NCBI GenBank assembly: GCA_002269645.1
Contig: NIVC01000012.1
Span: 620,001 to 684,000, forward strand
Direction: 5' to 3'
Length of the DNA stretch: 64,000 bases
Source: Macrostomum lignano
Lineage: Eukaryota
The position numbers and the translations under genes are program-made. Shown piece by piece: positions 33,982-52,745 of this stretch. The notes under the pieces are model-generated. The model worked only from the letters and a program-made list of their open reading frames with translations, had not been told where the DNA came from and searched no databases. Positions within the stretch are counted from its first letter, which is position 1; every line of letters starts with the position of its first letter.

Positions 33982-34918
33982 ATATTTTAAAACGCTAAGG
34001 CTCAAAACTCTCAGCTTGGATCTATCCAAAACTTTCTGCTGCTCAATATCTGCTCAGCTCAGCCCATGCACGTATTGAAAGCTATATACCAGGAATCCTG
34101 TTTTTTCTCTTAAATTTAAGCAACATTTTCTCTCAAATAAAATGACGAAAAAAGACAAAACGCTTCTTTTGCTTGCTCGCTCAATTTTAAAATGAATGCC
34201 TTTGCTGTCTTTTGTGTTGAAGATATCAATCAGATTTCAAATCCAGATGCATTGATGCCTGCTACAGGTATTAGAAACGCTAAGGGCATGTCAACTTACA
34301 TGTAAGCACTGAAATTCGGCTAGGTAAAGCTATGAACCAAACCGATTACACTCAACTTGCTTGCCTATAGATTTCTTTTTAATTTCAAAATCGGTATTGT
34401 TTAGCACTTATTTTTAAAGGTGCAGAAGTAAAATGAAGCGTGCATTGAAATTTTAAAAGATATCTAGAGCTTTCGAGGCTGCAACAATCGTCTCTGGTTT
34501 CTTACAAGCAGACCCATTAAATTAGCCTCTTTATCCTGTTTTACCGACTCCAGACTGCCTTACACTCAAAATTAAAAACTCAAATTAATCCAGTGCATGT
34601 GCATAGCGAGCAAGAGAGAAAAAGGGGTGGCGCCATGGATGAATAAAACCCTAGCTGGATTGCTCGTTGGCCTTAAATTTGGGGGGCGTAACGTGAAGCC
34701 TCTTTCGCACTGATTGGCTATTGAAGATCCGTTAGTTTTCTATGGTAAAAACGTTATAAGCTGCAGTGCTTTTGAACAGAAAGTCTCCTAGAGCTTAGTA
34801 TATAGCTCATAACAGTTTTCTAGCTAGCTACTTGAAATGTATCTTCACATTAAATAAATAATGTTTATACCAGCTACTTACGCTATTGTTAAGTAGAGGA
34901 TTAAACATACGTAGAAAT

Positions 34919-35300
34919 CAGGGACGGCTAAAACACTCGGGACGCGAAACGAGCCAATCATGGTGAAAAAAGTTGGGGGCTCGTTTTAGTCTATGGGCGC
35001 CCAGTTTTTCATGCATTACGATCAGCTTAAGCTGCTGAAAAGACTAAAGCCACAGTTCTTTGTTCTTTAATTGTTCGGCTTTCTTCTGAGTTATGATTTC
35101 ATCTGCAATTAAAAACGCAGCAATTTATCGGCATTTTTTACATTCACACAAGAGTTGAGGGTATGTTATTTGCCCTCACACTTCTTGAGACTTGAGAGTT
35201 GCGATTGGAATGGCCATAGAACACTGCTTTTAAACGAGTCCCCAACTTTTTTCACCATCATTTGGCTCGTTTCGCGTCCCGAGTGTTTTAGCTGTCCCTG
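34919..35300. mobile_element. Non-autonomous hAT-type MITE (382 bp)
   Basis: ~67-bp TIRs (CAGGGACGGCTAAAACACTCGGGACGCGAAACGAGCC... / ...GGCTCGTTTCGCGTCCCGAGTGTTTTAGCTGTCCCTG). The 8-bp flanks GTAGAAAT and ATAGAAAT match at 7 of 8 positions. CAGGG termini with an 8-bp TSD are typical of hAT. Confidence 0.85.
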
Positions 35301-37479
35301 ATAGAAATAAATATTTCACGTGAATATCTTATATATGCACTATAGATAGACCACTCGATAGTGGCACCCAGCCAAACCATTGAGTCTATGGAAAGCATTC
35401 CAAGAAGCGGTGGTTTTAGCTAGTTTTCAGTAGTTAATGTGCTTATTCTGCAGTAGTTGAAACGAGTATTAAATTACATTTTTATTCAGCCGTCTACGTC
35501 AGCGTAAGAATTGGGATGCCTTTGCATTACCAGCGTAAGATTATAATCAGCAGAGTGCGTTTTGAGAAAAATAAATCGAATTTTCCCAGGGTCAGAAGGC
35601 TGTTGGACAGCAGGTATTTTTTAACGAAAACTGAAAGCAGTTGGCGTAAACAATTACGTAAACGATATACGAGCTATATAACTACCTGAACTTGATGAGA
35701 TGTGGATGCTGTGCATCAAATTTAAAGAAACCCTTGAATACTCGGACACGTACGTGAATTCATGATTTTGGGCAATTCAATATGTAGAGTGTAAACACCG
35801 ACTACTTTAACATTTATCGCTAGTGTCTGTTCTGCCAAAATGTTTTGCTGCGTTATTCTATTGCGATTAAATACGTTTATATTTTTTTCGTCTAGCAATG
35901 TCCTGCATAGACTACTAACGATAAGTTAATTTCAGCAGGTCAACCCAAAGATCATATACACAAGATAGGCCACTCATTAACCGCTTCTATGTAGCCATAG
36001 AAGCTAAAGTAAAAAAATTTGCATCTCACGACAGCGCGTCAGTAGTCTCTGCAGTGAATTGATGTTTGGCATCTTTGACAGAATTTGCAAATAATGACGC
36101 CATCGCAGTTGGCTCACCGTTCCATATTGCATGACAAATCGAGTTGTCTGTGACTTGCTTTCTCGATTTGATTCATACGCTTGGCCATTGAATTCTATAG
36201 CCGTTCCGTTTTGCATGCCCACTGTTCCACATATCGCGACAAAACCAATACACTACTGGCTAGTGACTATTGACATGATATCATCAAGTCTATGGCAAAT
36301 AATACGCTTGTAATTTAAAACAAAAAAATGCTAACAAAATTACATATTTCGCTGCGTCGCCAAAAACAGAATCGAATGCAGTATATATAACGTCGAGAAG
36401 GAAATATATTTATGTAATAGATATAATACATTTACAAAAGGAAACGTTGGACTAAATTATTTTGAATAATTTCACGCGGATTAATGGCATTTATAAATAA
36501 TAATTAGCTGCAAAGGTTAACAAACAAGACTATGTGTACAGGCACTCCATTGTTAATGAAGATTTCTGATGACTTATATTAGTGGCTTATGAATTGCGTA
36601 AAACAAATATTCGATCAAAAAAACAATTATACTGCATGTGACCAGTAGCTCGTACTGTCGTAATAAAAAAAGACTATATAGAGCTTTTAACAATAGAAAA
36701 CTTTCAATTTGGGATTGCTTCTAATTAAAGAATGGTACCGATTTTGTCATCATCAGCTATTAGTGATTCAGCTATTTGTGATTCAAATCTGTTTTGTTTA
36801 GTTAAGGCTGTATAAACGAATCAGTGTTTTGACACGGAGAAACTAAAACCTGTTTAAAATATATAACTAAACTGGTTTAAACCTAAAGCTTTGTTATTTT
36901 AGATGGCCTTTAACTTGCAAAGCTCAGCTACTTCTAAGCCTTCTCTCCAGAGGGGGAGACACCAATTTTGGTGCCTTCAGTGTTAATAAACGCTGAAATA
37001 AATATGTAATAATGTCAAAAAAGAAACTAGATAAAAGTATATGGCATCGAATGTTCGGATAAGCGTTGATGCATAACGCAGAGGAAAGTATTCAAATTAG
37101 ACAACATAAAAACCACAAATAACCGTCTTGTTTTTCGCTTTGTCGATTGTTTATAGTCAATTCGACAATTCACCATCTGTGTATCTGGAAGATCTTAATG
37201 AAACCTTTTATTTCCCGGAATCTTTGCAGATAGCTTTTGTTTTAGTTAAAACAGTAGGCGTGGACTAGAACAGATCTAAGGTAAAAAAACACACGTTAAA
37301 ATCCGTTTAACGTATCTAGTAGAGCGAAATTTTGCTTACAGATGAATCGCAGCAGTCTATTTTAATGCATAGCAGGTCTAAATAAATTTGGTCAACAAGT
37401 GGATTCGTACAAGCTACACAACCGACCAGTGCATCGGAAAGCCAGACTGATTGCAACAGGTGCTCATATGGCCGTCGAA

Positions 37480-43031
<5,552 letters not shown>

Positions 43032-43924
43032 TTTAATTTTCGCGGACGTTAATTCGAAAGAAAGAAGTATACGAGGGTATCACAAAACAGTTTGAATTCG
43101 GAACGAACACTCAACACAGAGAGAAAGAGAAAAAGTTGTTTAGCGTTCTCCTTATAAAGATCGTTCTTTTTCCAAATTTCCTTTCAGTTAGTTAACGTGC
43201 TGGGTGACGATGAGTTTAGAAGTTTGAAGGGCAGTTGACTGAAAGAAACGAGTGTGTGTGTGCGAATGCAAAAGAAAATAAGTATAAAATGATTTTTCGC
43301 ATTGAATTTGTATAATTGAGTGTAAATAACATGATTTAAAAAACTATCTGCTTTGAAAAATATATTATAATTTCTACATTTTATAATAATAATAATCTTT
43401 CCTATAAATAATTAACAACTCTTATTTAACGTCCTATTTTTTATTTTGTTAAAACATGTTTAGTTAGCACGATAACTCTTGTATGTTCGTAGGTATACTT
43501 GGATCCCATCAAATTTTTTCACTAAGTCAAATTTCGTTGCTATAATCATAAATACATATAAAATACGTTACTATTTTTTATGTATTAATTTAACTGCCAA
43601 GACTACCATGACGTCAGTTAATGGCAGACCAACGTCATGTCATACATCAATGTGTAATTCCATATCCAACAAATGTTGCATAGCATACGAATGAATTCGC
43701 ATAAATTCGCATGATTGGATAAATGTACAAAACTAAAAACCTTTTTATACAATTTATTTAAAATTATAACCACAAATAATCTTTGACATCCATTTTTCTG
43801 TTATTGCACAATTTATTGTACTGCCGGTACGAGCTGGAGCGTACCAATGTACATGTTAATTAACGCTGTATGTACGTGTTTGACACAAGGACTACTCAAG
43901 TTGTTCTTGGTTTGACATGTACTA

Positions 43925-44419
43925 CACCTTTTTGCGTTCCATTTAGATAAAACTGCATTCAATTTCGGCAAACTGGCTTTCATTTTCGGCATCAGCAACG
44001 GGCCGCACATCCAAACTGCATTCAATTTCGACAGCGCCAATCTAAAAGGAGAATAAAGACAGAAGAGGGATTTCTTAGATTCTGCACAAGTACTGAATTT
44101 TGGAGTACAGTTAAGGTGTAATTGAACACGTAAAAACCTGTGCACTCATCAGCAAGCAGAACGAACAAAGCGCATATCCAGAAACAATTTACACAGTATG
44201 TACATAGTATTTCGTGCACAAGTGATACGCATTCAATTACACCTTAACTGTACTCCAAATGCAATAATTGTGCAAACTCTACCTAAGTCCAAAGTCCTCT
44301 TTTTGTCTTTATTCCCCTTTTAGATTGGCGATGCCGAAATTGAATGCAGTTTCCCGAATTTGAACATTCAGTTTGTCTAAATAAAAACTCGACTTGCCGA
44401 AATGGAACGCAAAAAGGTG
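43925..44419. mobile_element. Foldback MITE with TA target duplication (Tc1/mariner-like termini), 495 bp
   Basis: Perfect 20-bp termini CACCTTTTTGCGTTCCATTT / AAATGGAACGCAAAAAGGTG are flanked by TA on both sides. The imperfect inverted arms extend ~210 bp inward around a ~65 bp spacer. Confidence 0.8.
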
Positions 44420-45131
44420 TACGAGTTACGGCTAAATATAAGGAAATTAAAAGTGTCCCAGAAGTTTATGTGTAACTTAGATTCATTAGAAAGATTTACT
44501 CGTATTTGAAACGGTGGCTCTAAAAACACAAAAATATACCAATGCACTTTTAAATTGCGAATTCTCCATCAACCATGTATAAGAGACAAGCGGTTAAAGC
44601 CCTTAATTACAAAAGCAGCCTTCAGAAGGGCTTTAGAACGAACATAAGAACTCCATGTACGCAGTATAAACATGTAAGTGGGCTAGCATCAGCTGACGAC
44701 ATTCGTCAGGTCCTACTCCCTGTCACACTAAGGTTTTGCTTTAATAATTCTTATAGAATCCAGCTTTCTGCAACACGTACGCTGCTTTAAATGTAAGTGC
44801 AATCCAATGAATTACTACTTTCTGGCGTCTCTTTCTAGCCATGCTAATTTACAAAATTTCAAATTTGCGTACCTGTATGTAACAACAAAAATATTTACGC
44901 TCATATTGACATGTAAAGAAAATTTAGAGTTCGCGATTTATAACAGTCAATATACATGGACAAAAAGTATTCTGCAATTCTTTTTTAAAAGTTGCACCAC
45001 AAGTACATGCGCTCTGAAGCGATGCTTAAGTACTAAACAAAATATTTTTAAAGCAGGTAGACACTGCTTTGTGTTTTCTATACACAGCCGACATTGATGG
45101 AAGTTGTATACAAGCGCGCTAATGGCATCGC

Positions 45132-45350
45132 GCTGGCGCCCCTGATGCTGGCGCCCCTGGTGCTGGCGCCCCTGGTGCTGGCGCCCCTGGTGCTAAAGCC
45201 CCTGGTGCTAAAGCCCCTGGTGCTAAAGCCCCTGGTGCTAAAGCCCCTGGTGCTAAAGCCCCTGGTGCTAAAGCCCCTGGTGCTGGCGCCTTTGGTGCTA
45301 AAGCCCCTGGTGCTGGCGCCTTTGGTGCTGGCGCCCCTGGTGCTAAAGCC
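45132..45350. repeat. Minisatellite, 15 bp unit (GGCGCCCCTGGTGCT / AAAGCCCCTGGTGCT), ~14 copies
   Basis: Tandem copies are directly visible. Confidence 0.95.
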
Positions 45351-45659
45351 CCAAAAGGCGCAGTGCTTCTGTATTACACGATTGAGAAACCATTTTTTGC
45401 AAAACATCAAGACTGTGCGCCTTTAATATAAGGAATTGTACAGTAGTTTGTCTTACAGCGCAAAAGTTTCCGTGGGAAACTTAGGCGCCCGAACGTTACA
45501 TTGAACGAAACTTTAATGTTTCCAAAGCAAGCAGTACGAGCGTACGGTCGGAAGAATACTTATAAAATGTTTTCATTGCTTCATATGATTGCATGGTAAA
45601 CTGACAACCAATGGCTGATGACAGCATTTGTTCCTCGATATGTCTACTTTAAATATCTG

Positions 45660-46190
45660 CTACTCTTCCAGCTCCTCTCGCCTCTCCTATCTCTCTCTCT
45701 TCTCCTCTCTCCTTTACTCTCTCTCTTCTCCTCTCTCCTTTACTCTCTCGTCTCTTCTCTCCTCTCCTCTACTCTCCTTTCCTTTCCTATCCTCTCTCGT
45801 CTCTCTCGTCTCTCCTCTCTCTCCTCTCTCCTCTCTCTCTCCTCTCTCCTCTCCTCTCCTCTCCTCTCCTCTCTCTTCTGTCCTCTACTCTCCTTTCCTT
45901 TCCTCTCCTCTCCTCTCTTGTCTCCTTTCTCCTTTCCTCTCTCGTCTCTTCTTTCCTCTCCTCTCCTCTCTCTTCTCCTCTCTTCTCCTCTACTCTCCTC
46001 TCATTTCCTCTCCTCTCTCCTCTTCTCTCCTTTCTCCTCTTCTCTCCTCTCTCCTCTTCTCTATCCTTTCTTCTCTCGTCTCCTTTCTTCCTTCCTCTCT
46101 TCTCTCCTTTCTTCTTCCTTCTCACTCCTCTCTTCTCCTGAGTCTCTTGTAGTCTCTTGTATTCTACTCGAATCTCCTCTTTTCTTCCGC
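45660..46190. repeat. CT-rich (polypyrimidine) low-complexity tract
   Basis: ~530 bp of almost pure C/T. Confidence 0.92.
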
Positions 46191-46696
46191 TTCAACTCCT
46201 ATTCCGCTCGATCAAGACTGAAAGCAACACACTAATATTTGTTATAATTCAGCTTTAAAATGTTCCAAATTTTTCAATCGCTTCAAAAAGAATTGCCAAC
46301 GCCGCGATTTTTATTGCTCGCATTAAATCCGAGCATTAAAGCTGGCAGTGATTTACGACTTAGTCCACATAAAAATGGCTATTTTTCATCTTATCTCTTC
46401 TCATACTGGGCCCAGCTTGACCTTCAATCTATATAGTTGAGGCTAGAATCTAGCGACTTGGGCCATTTACTAACCCCGAGTATTTGCTCAACATTGTACG
46501 GTATAGCTAATGCTTCAGATAGCTAAACTAATGTTTGCACATTTGTGTACATGATCCGGGATATGCATCAGGCTCAAGCTAGACTCCAGTCACTGTGTCT
46601 TAAGCTCGGTTGAGCAGTTCTCTGTTTGCGGCTATTTTATGAATTGATTTATGATCCATCTATGCCTGAGTGGCTTACAGATATGAAGCTAATGAG

Positions 46697-47280
46697 AGAA
46701 GAGAGGAGAGAGAGGAAGAAAGAGGAATGGGGAAGGAGGAAAGAGAGGAGAGACGAGGAGAGATTATAATAGAGAAAAAGGTAAGAGATTAGATTAGAAG
46801 GAAAGGGGTGAGATGAGATTAGAAGGAAAGGGGTGAGATGAGATTAAAAAGAAAGGGGTGAGATGAGATTAGAAAGAAAGGGCTGAGATAAGATTAGAGA
46901 GAAAGGGGTGAGATGAGATTAGAGAGAAAGGGGTGAGATGAGATTAGAATGAAAGGGGTGAGATGAGATTAGAAAGAAAGGGTTGAGATGAGATTAAAAA
47001 GAAAGGGGTGAGATGAAATTTGAAAGAAAGGGGTGAGATAAGATTAGAGAGAAAGGGGTGAGATGAGATTAGAGAGAAAAGGGGTGAGAGGCCGAGAGGG
47101 ACCAAACTTTACAACCCCAGGGAAACAGCTAAAAAAGGGGTTAAAATAAAAGGGGTGAGATGAGATTAGAGAGAAAGGGATGAGATGGGATTAGAAAGAA
47201 AAAGGGGTGAGATGAGATTAGAATGAAAGGGTGAGAGGCCGAGAGGGACCAAACTTTACAACCCCAGGAAAACAGTTAAA
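46697..47280. repeat. GA-rich tract with a ~23 bp unit (GAGATGAGATTAGAAGGAAAGGGGT) and a duplicated ~40-bp block
   Basis: Tandem copies are visible. GTGAGAGGCCGAGAGGGACCAAACTTTACAACCCCAGG occurs twice (~47084 and ~47232). Confidence 0.88.
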
Positions 47281-47717
47281 CTGCTACATGCATGGTAAGC
47301 ATCCAATTTTAAAGCATGTGATGATACATGTACATGTACATGCACGAGCGTACATTTACATCTACCTCGAAAACTTGTGCAAAACAAGAAAGATGGCAAA
47401 CAAAGAAAGAAAGAAAATTAAGAAAACTGATAAACTTCGCTTTTAGGATCGCGCTTCTTAGATTTGCGATGCCAGAGTTACGTAACTGGTTCACAGAACA
47501 GAAGCAGAAATCACAGAACAGTCTGCTTACGCAATATAGTCTCTTTTTACTAAGCAAATTTTAACGTTTGCTGCTGTGATTCGGTTTTGTTTGGGAATGT
47601 TTTAACATTTTCATTTTTTGACATTTGCACTGCATGCGTTTGTTCAAGTTTTTCCTGATTCCTCTTGCGGGAACGTGTTGAAAACATTTTTGAACATTGT
47701 TGAAAATGATTAAAAAT

Positions 47718-48053
47718 GATGTGGGGCGATTCTCTAAGATTATGGGGCGATTTTCTAAAAGTGTCTTGGGGCGATTCTCGAAGATTGCGGGCGATTCCCG
47801 AAGATTGTGGGCGATTCCCGAAGATTGTGGGCGATTCCCGAAGATTGTGGGCGATTCCCGAAGATTGTGGGCGATTCCCGAAGATTGTGGGCGATTCCCG
47901 AAGATTGTGGGCGATTCCCGAAGATTGTGGGCGATTCCCGAAGATTGTGGGCGATTCCCGAAGATTGTGGGCGATTCCCGAAGATTGTGGGCGATTCCCG
48001 AAGATTGTGGGCGATTCCCGAAGATTGTGGGCGATTCCCGAAGATTGTGGGGC
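47718..48053. repeat. Minisatellite, 20 bp unit (GGGCGATTCCCGAAGATTGT), ~13 perfect copies plus degenerate leading copies
   Basis: Tandem copies are directly visible. Confidence 0.97.
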
Positions 48054-49562
48054 GATCGTTGGTGAGTCTGTAATTTATCCAGAGAATGTTTTAGACATTT
48101 TCAAGTGCAATATTGTAAGAACGTTTATAGGGCCGTTATTCAAGAGGCCCTCCATCAAAATTTCGATGGTGATTGTTCAAGATATTAACAAAGGCGATCT
48201 AATTAAGTCGATGCAGACGCTTAATGATTGTCAAGAGCATTTTAAGCTGTCAGGGATGTCATAAAAAAACAAAGGAAGTGCTACAAGTTTACTGATTTAA
48301 TATTTAATAATGCTTTATACTTTCTTCTAGAAAGTAAATAATCTTTGCAGATATGCAGTTAGTAAATGAAGATAATTAATAATGTTCATTTCTCGTGAAG
48401 CCTGCAGCGAAGCAATAAGTAACAAAACAAAAACAAATATTACACAGATCCATCACTCAGTCAGTAGTTAGAAACAATTGCAAAATCCCATATCAATTAA
48501 GAGCAATAAATTACCAAGATAGCTGTTTGGTTAATTAGATATTTACTTATAAAAATACATTTAATAAAGTGCAGCATGCCAATGATGGAATAAACACATT
48601 CTGTGGATACCATAATTAAATTTCTTCCAGATGAAAACGTCACTATAGACCTGCTTTCAGACTAGATTTTGTTTAGCATAAAATAAGCTAGTGTCGCTGA
48701 CAATTAATAACCATAAATTTACCAACAAAAAGACCACAAATGAAAAATTCATGCAAACGTAAAGACTCCAGAGTCTTCTATGGACAAAATAAATTTCTAT
48801 AAACGTTTAGTTAGCTGTAAAGGGAGAATTAAAACAAATATTAAGGCCCAATGACATTCGCAACTTTACAAGAATATCAGCTGCAATGCTAAGGCAATTA
48901 ATATAAATTTAACAAAACATCTGCTGGATTATTAAGCTACAACTTATAATAAATCTTAGTATACTCAAATTTCCACACCGAATCTTTGCTGATCGACGCA
49001 CTATTTGACGGCGCGAAATCGTGTTAAAGGTAATAAAAAATAATTTACGCTCGTAGTAAGTTAATGATTGAAGCAGCTATTGATCCGAGTTAAAAAAACT
49101 GATATATCCATAAACGTTAACAAAGCCACAAAGATATTCCAGATAAAATATATGCGATACGAAAGCAATATGAAACATTTGAATATGCACACATTAAATA
49201 AATATCAGCTTGTTATCTGATAATATCCAATGAAACAGTTTTGACCCAGAAAAATAGACGTACAAGTTAAGAGGTTGATGCAATATATCGGTACAAAATG
49301 CCTAAAGCAGGATGGAAGGAAGAGAGGTACAAGACAGATAGATGCATGAGATTTGAGGGCGAGGGAAGAGCTTGGAGGTCAAGAGGTGAGATTAGGGCGA
49401 GGGGTTGAGACTAGAGGGCGAGTGATGATGGGATCGAATATGGGACTCGGATTGAATGAGAATAGAAGAAGGAAAAAACCTTACGGGGCAAGTTGAAGCG
49501 ATCTTGAATCTTGAAGACGCAGACTGAAGAGAGTGCAAATAAACATCCAATGCTTCACTTCA

Positions 49563-52214
49563 CTAGGCTTGGTGATCTCGACTGCCCGTCAGACGATGAA
49601 ACATTTGTTCGTTAATTTCCTGACTCCGGTCGGGCTTTCTCAGGCTGAGGAACACATAGCCGCCGACCATTTCGGCCAGCGTTTTGCACACGGACAGCCG
49701 GGAGGCGAAGAATGGGCTGGGGACCAAAGTCATCTCGTGCGGCGGCCGGTTGAGGGTCAGACGGAAGCTCATTACCTCCCAGTTGACGGTCCAGGAGGCG
49801 AGTTCCTGGGTTCGAGTTGGAAACAAATTCAATGTGTTTGCTGATGATGATTAGGGCAACAAATATTTCAATAGAAGTTTTTCCCGGTTACAGGTAACAT
49901 AGTTAAAAGACGACAGATAGTTTCATGTAGCTAAAGCACCGGTTCCCGGATTTTCTCACCTGGTATCGCCAGGTATTGAGGATATCCCCGGTCTGCACGT
50001 CCAGCCGCATGATCCTGTTAAACGCTACGCCAAACAGGGCGTCGTGATTTTTGCGTCGCTCTTTACGAAACTCGCTAAACGTCATCGGCTTGGAGCGACT
50101 CTCCGTGTAATTAACCAGGAAATACGCCACCCCGTGCATTGGCAATCGTTGCCAGGTGCGAATGTACTCCAGCTTCGACTCGAGTAAATTTAGACTCAGT
50201 ACGTTTGCGTGGCGCTCCAAAATGCCCTGAGTACGAGGATTGAGCAAGCGAAATTTGTATTTATGCACAAAGTACTTAATAATCAGATTATCAGACTACC
50301 CCTTCAACAAAGCACAGTTGAGCAGAAAAATCTACAACTTCAGCAAAACAAAATATCCGAAGTATTTACCTGCAACAGAGCCCGACTCTTGTGCTTCTTT
50401 AGGCAGCGCAAGGCAACGAAATCGGCCACATCAATGCTGGGCATGCTGTCAACAGTCAGCATTGGCTGCGGCCTTGGCGCCTGCATGTCCAGCCTTGTCA
50501 GGGTCTCCTTCAGCTCGCTGTCATAGAGACTCTTGCTAGCCAAAGTTTTGCCCCGAGACGCCAGGGAGATTGCAGCAACCCACTGGGCGTACTGGTCTTT
50601 GGTCTCGCAGCGGAGCCACACCTCTTGCATTAGTCCGGACTGGGTCAGGATGAACAAGCGGATGCCAAACTTTCTGGTAGTCATGTTCAAATCCGGCACA
50701 ACTTCGGCATTTTTTAAATTGAACGACTCAACAAAGGCGGCCATTTGACTAGCTGCGGCCTGGTCCGGGTACAGGTAGAGCGTCGTATCTCGCAGGGCAA
50801 AGAAGTACCGTTTGTAGTTCTTCAGAGTGAAACGTTTGGGTTTGAAAAATTTCAGGTAGCCAGAAAGTTCGGGCACCTCGCGCACCTCTGGCTGCTTCTG
50901 CTGAAGATGCTGTTGCTCCGACTGCTGACGCGACAAGTTCCCGATGCCATAGTGCGCGTCCGACATCAGCGACATCTCTAGATCGGCCAGTGCAGCGTCG
51001 ATTTCGTCATCAGCAGCCGTGTCCTCCTCTGTGACTGTAGCCGCCGCAGCGGCAGCGGATGCCGCAGCGCCGGAATTTGACGATGTTGCTCGTTGAGGAT
51101 CATTTGCCTGTAGATGGGCCTGCAACTGCAGAGCAGCGAGCAGCATCATTTCCTCATCGGTGCAGTCGATCTCCTCAGTGAGAAGGGACCATTTGACCTG
51201 CTCGTAGATCTGGTTGATGCGAATAGCGTCATATTTGATGTTCAAATCGTAGAATGCAAAGTATTTGAATCGCAGCAGCAGTTCCTCTTCGCAGCCAGGT
51301 CGGACGCCCTGCTCCATTAGCGACTTGGACGAGTCCAGCCACGTGACTGACAGCATTGCTCGTTCGGTGTTGCTTCTCAACCGCTGAAGACCCTTCTCAG
51401 TCAGGGCCGTCTGCAACGGCACGTGTGGACTATTGGCCAAATAGCTCTCGTTGGCACCCTCGAAAGCCAGCGAGTTGATGGACATCGGCGACATGAGGTT
51501 GGCGGACTCTCCTAGCCGAGGACTGCCAGGCGACTTTACGAGGCTGTCCGCTCCGTTTCCGTAGGGCAAGGTGCCCGCCGTCATTGAAGGCGCCTTCGGA
51601 ACCAGCGGATTAAAGGCGTCGCTTCGTCTATTGTTAGATAAGCGCTTTCGCGAGTCCATAGTGTCGTTGCCGCCGTTTCTATTGATCGATCGCGATCGGC
51701 GCATGCTGCTAAACCGGCTGGACTTGGTTGTCCCGACGCTGTACGCGTAGCCGTCGCCGCCGCCGCCGCCGCCGCCCAGACCGAAATCTGCCGTGTCCAT
51801 TCGGCGCTTCAGTGAGAGCTCCTCCGGGTGCCGGATGCCCAGATCCTTGCAGATGCTCATCACTACGCTGAATACAGTCTGGGAAAAATTAACTCTAAGC
51901 TCCTTCTCCTGGAGATCGGGAAGCTGGAGGCGCAGCCAGTTGTGCATCCGATGGAACTCCAGCTTGGCGTCGGCTTGCACACCATTTTGGTCGAGAGTCT
52001 GTCGAGTTTTCAGCAACCAACAGTTCCTCTCGGGCCACCAGAGCCCATGGTCCGACCAATCCAGCTTAACATCGATTGCTTCGACGAGTTTCAGCATGAC
52101 GCCGCCGATGTGCGTCTCGCCGGAGACGCGGATGCGCTTGACAATTTGCAGGTCTTCGACTAGTATGCTGAGCTCCCAGCTGCCGTCAACGTAAATTTCA
52201 TGGCCGAGGTCCAT
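49563..52214 (-). CDS. FERMT: Kindlin / fermitin family FERM-PH protein, 3 coding exons, ~784 aa
   Basis: Exons are 52214-50370, 50226-49960 and 49805-49563, all with phase-0 GT-AG junctions. F0: DGSWELSILVEDL...HIGGVMLKLVE...WSDHGLWW. F1: WLDSSKSLMEQG...LRFKYFAFYDLN. F2: INQIYEQVKWSLLTEEIDCTDEEM. PH: PELSGYLKFFKPK. F3: WTVNWE...MVGGYVFLSLR. Confidence 0.96.
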
Positions 52215-52696
52215 GACAGAGAATCTCAGGCTCAAACTGAACTAGACTGTCGACTGTGTTGTTTATAATATCGTATGGTGGTTTTAGCTCGCGCGCTCGT
52301 GTCTTCTAAAAGCAAATGCTTTCTTGATCAAAGTAGCTCAACTATCCGTTGCTTTCGGAGTTGCAGAGTCCATAAGTAAATTTATTGATTCGTAAAATAT
52401 TATAATAGATGCTTTTGCTAATAACTATTTTTTCGTCTCTCAACGTAAACGCACTAAGCGCTGTCGATTGTATTTCCGTGCAGGAGTAAGTGAACGGCTT
52501 TTCCGCTAAGAGCAAAGCAGTAGAACTCGCGATAGAAATGTATGCTGGCAAACGGACCCTGGCACTAATACTACATATAAAGCCAAAGAAGAGCTCTCTT
52601 TTTTGTTTCTGCTCTGAGTTCGTTTCCGTTCTACTCTTATCAGGCAAAGCCAGGCGTGCTTGAGCGGCCGCGAAGGGAGGGGGTTAGTGTTATAAC

Positions 52697-52706
<10 letters not shown>

Positions 52707-52743
<37 letters not shown>
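52707..52743. repeat. (CT)n microsatellite upstream of kindlin
   Basis: Directly visible. Confidence 0.95.

Positions 52744-52745
<2 letters not shown>

Noticed and set aside
45094-48264. ORFs such as LKPLV, Ser/Leu-rich and GDSRRLWAIPED repeats
   Set aside because: They are tandem-repeat and low-complexity translations.
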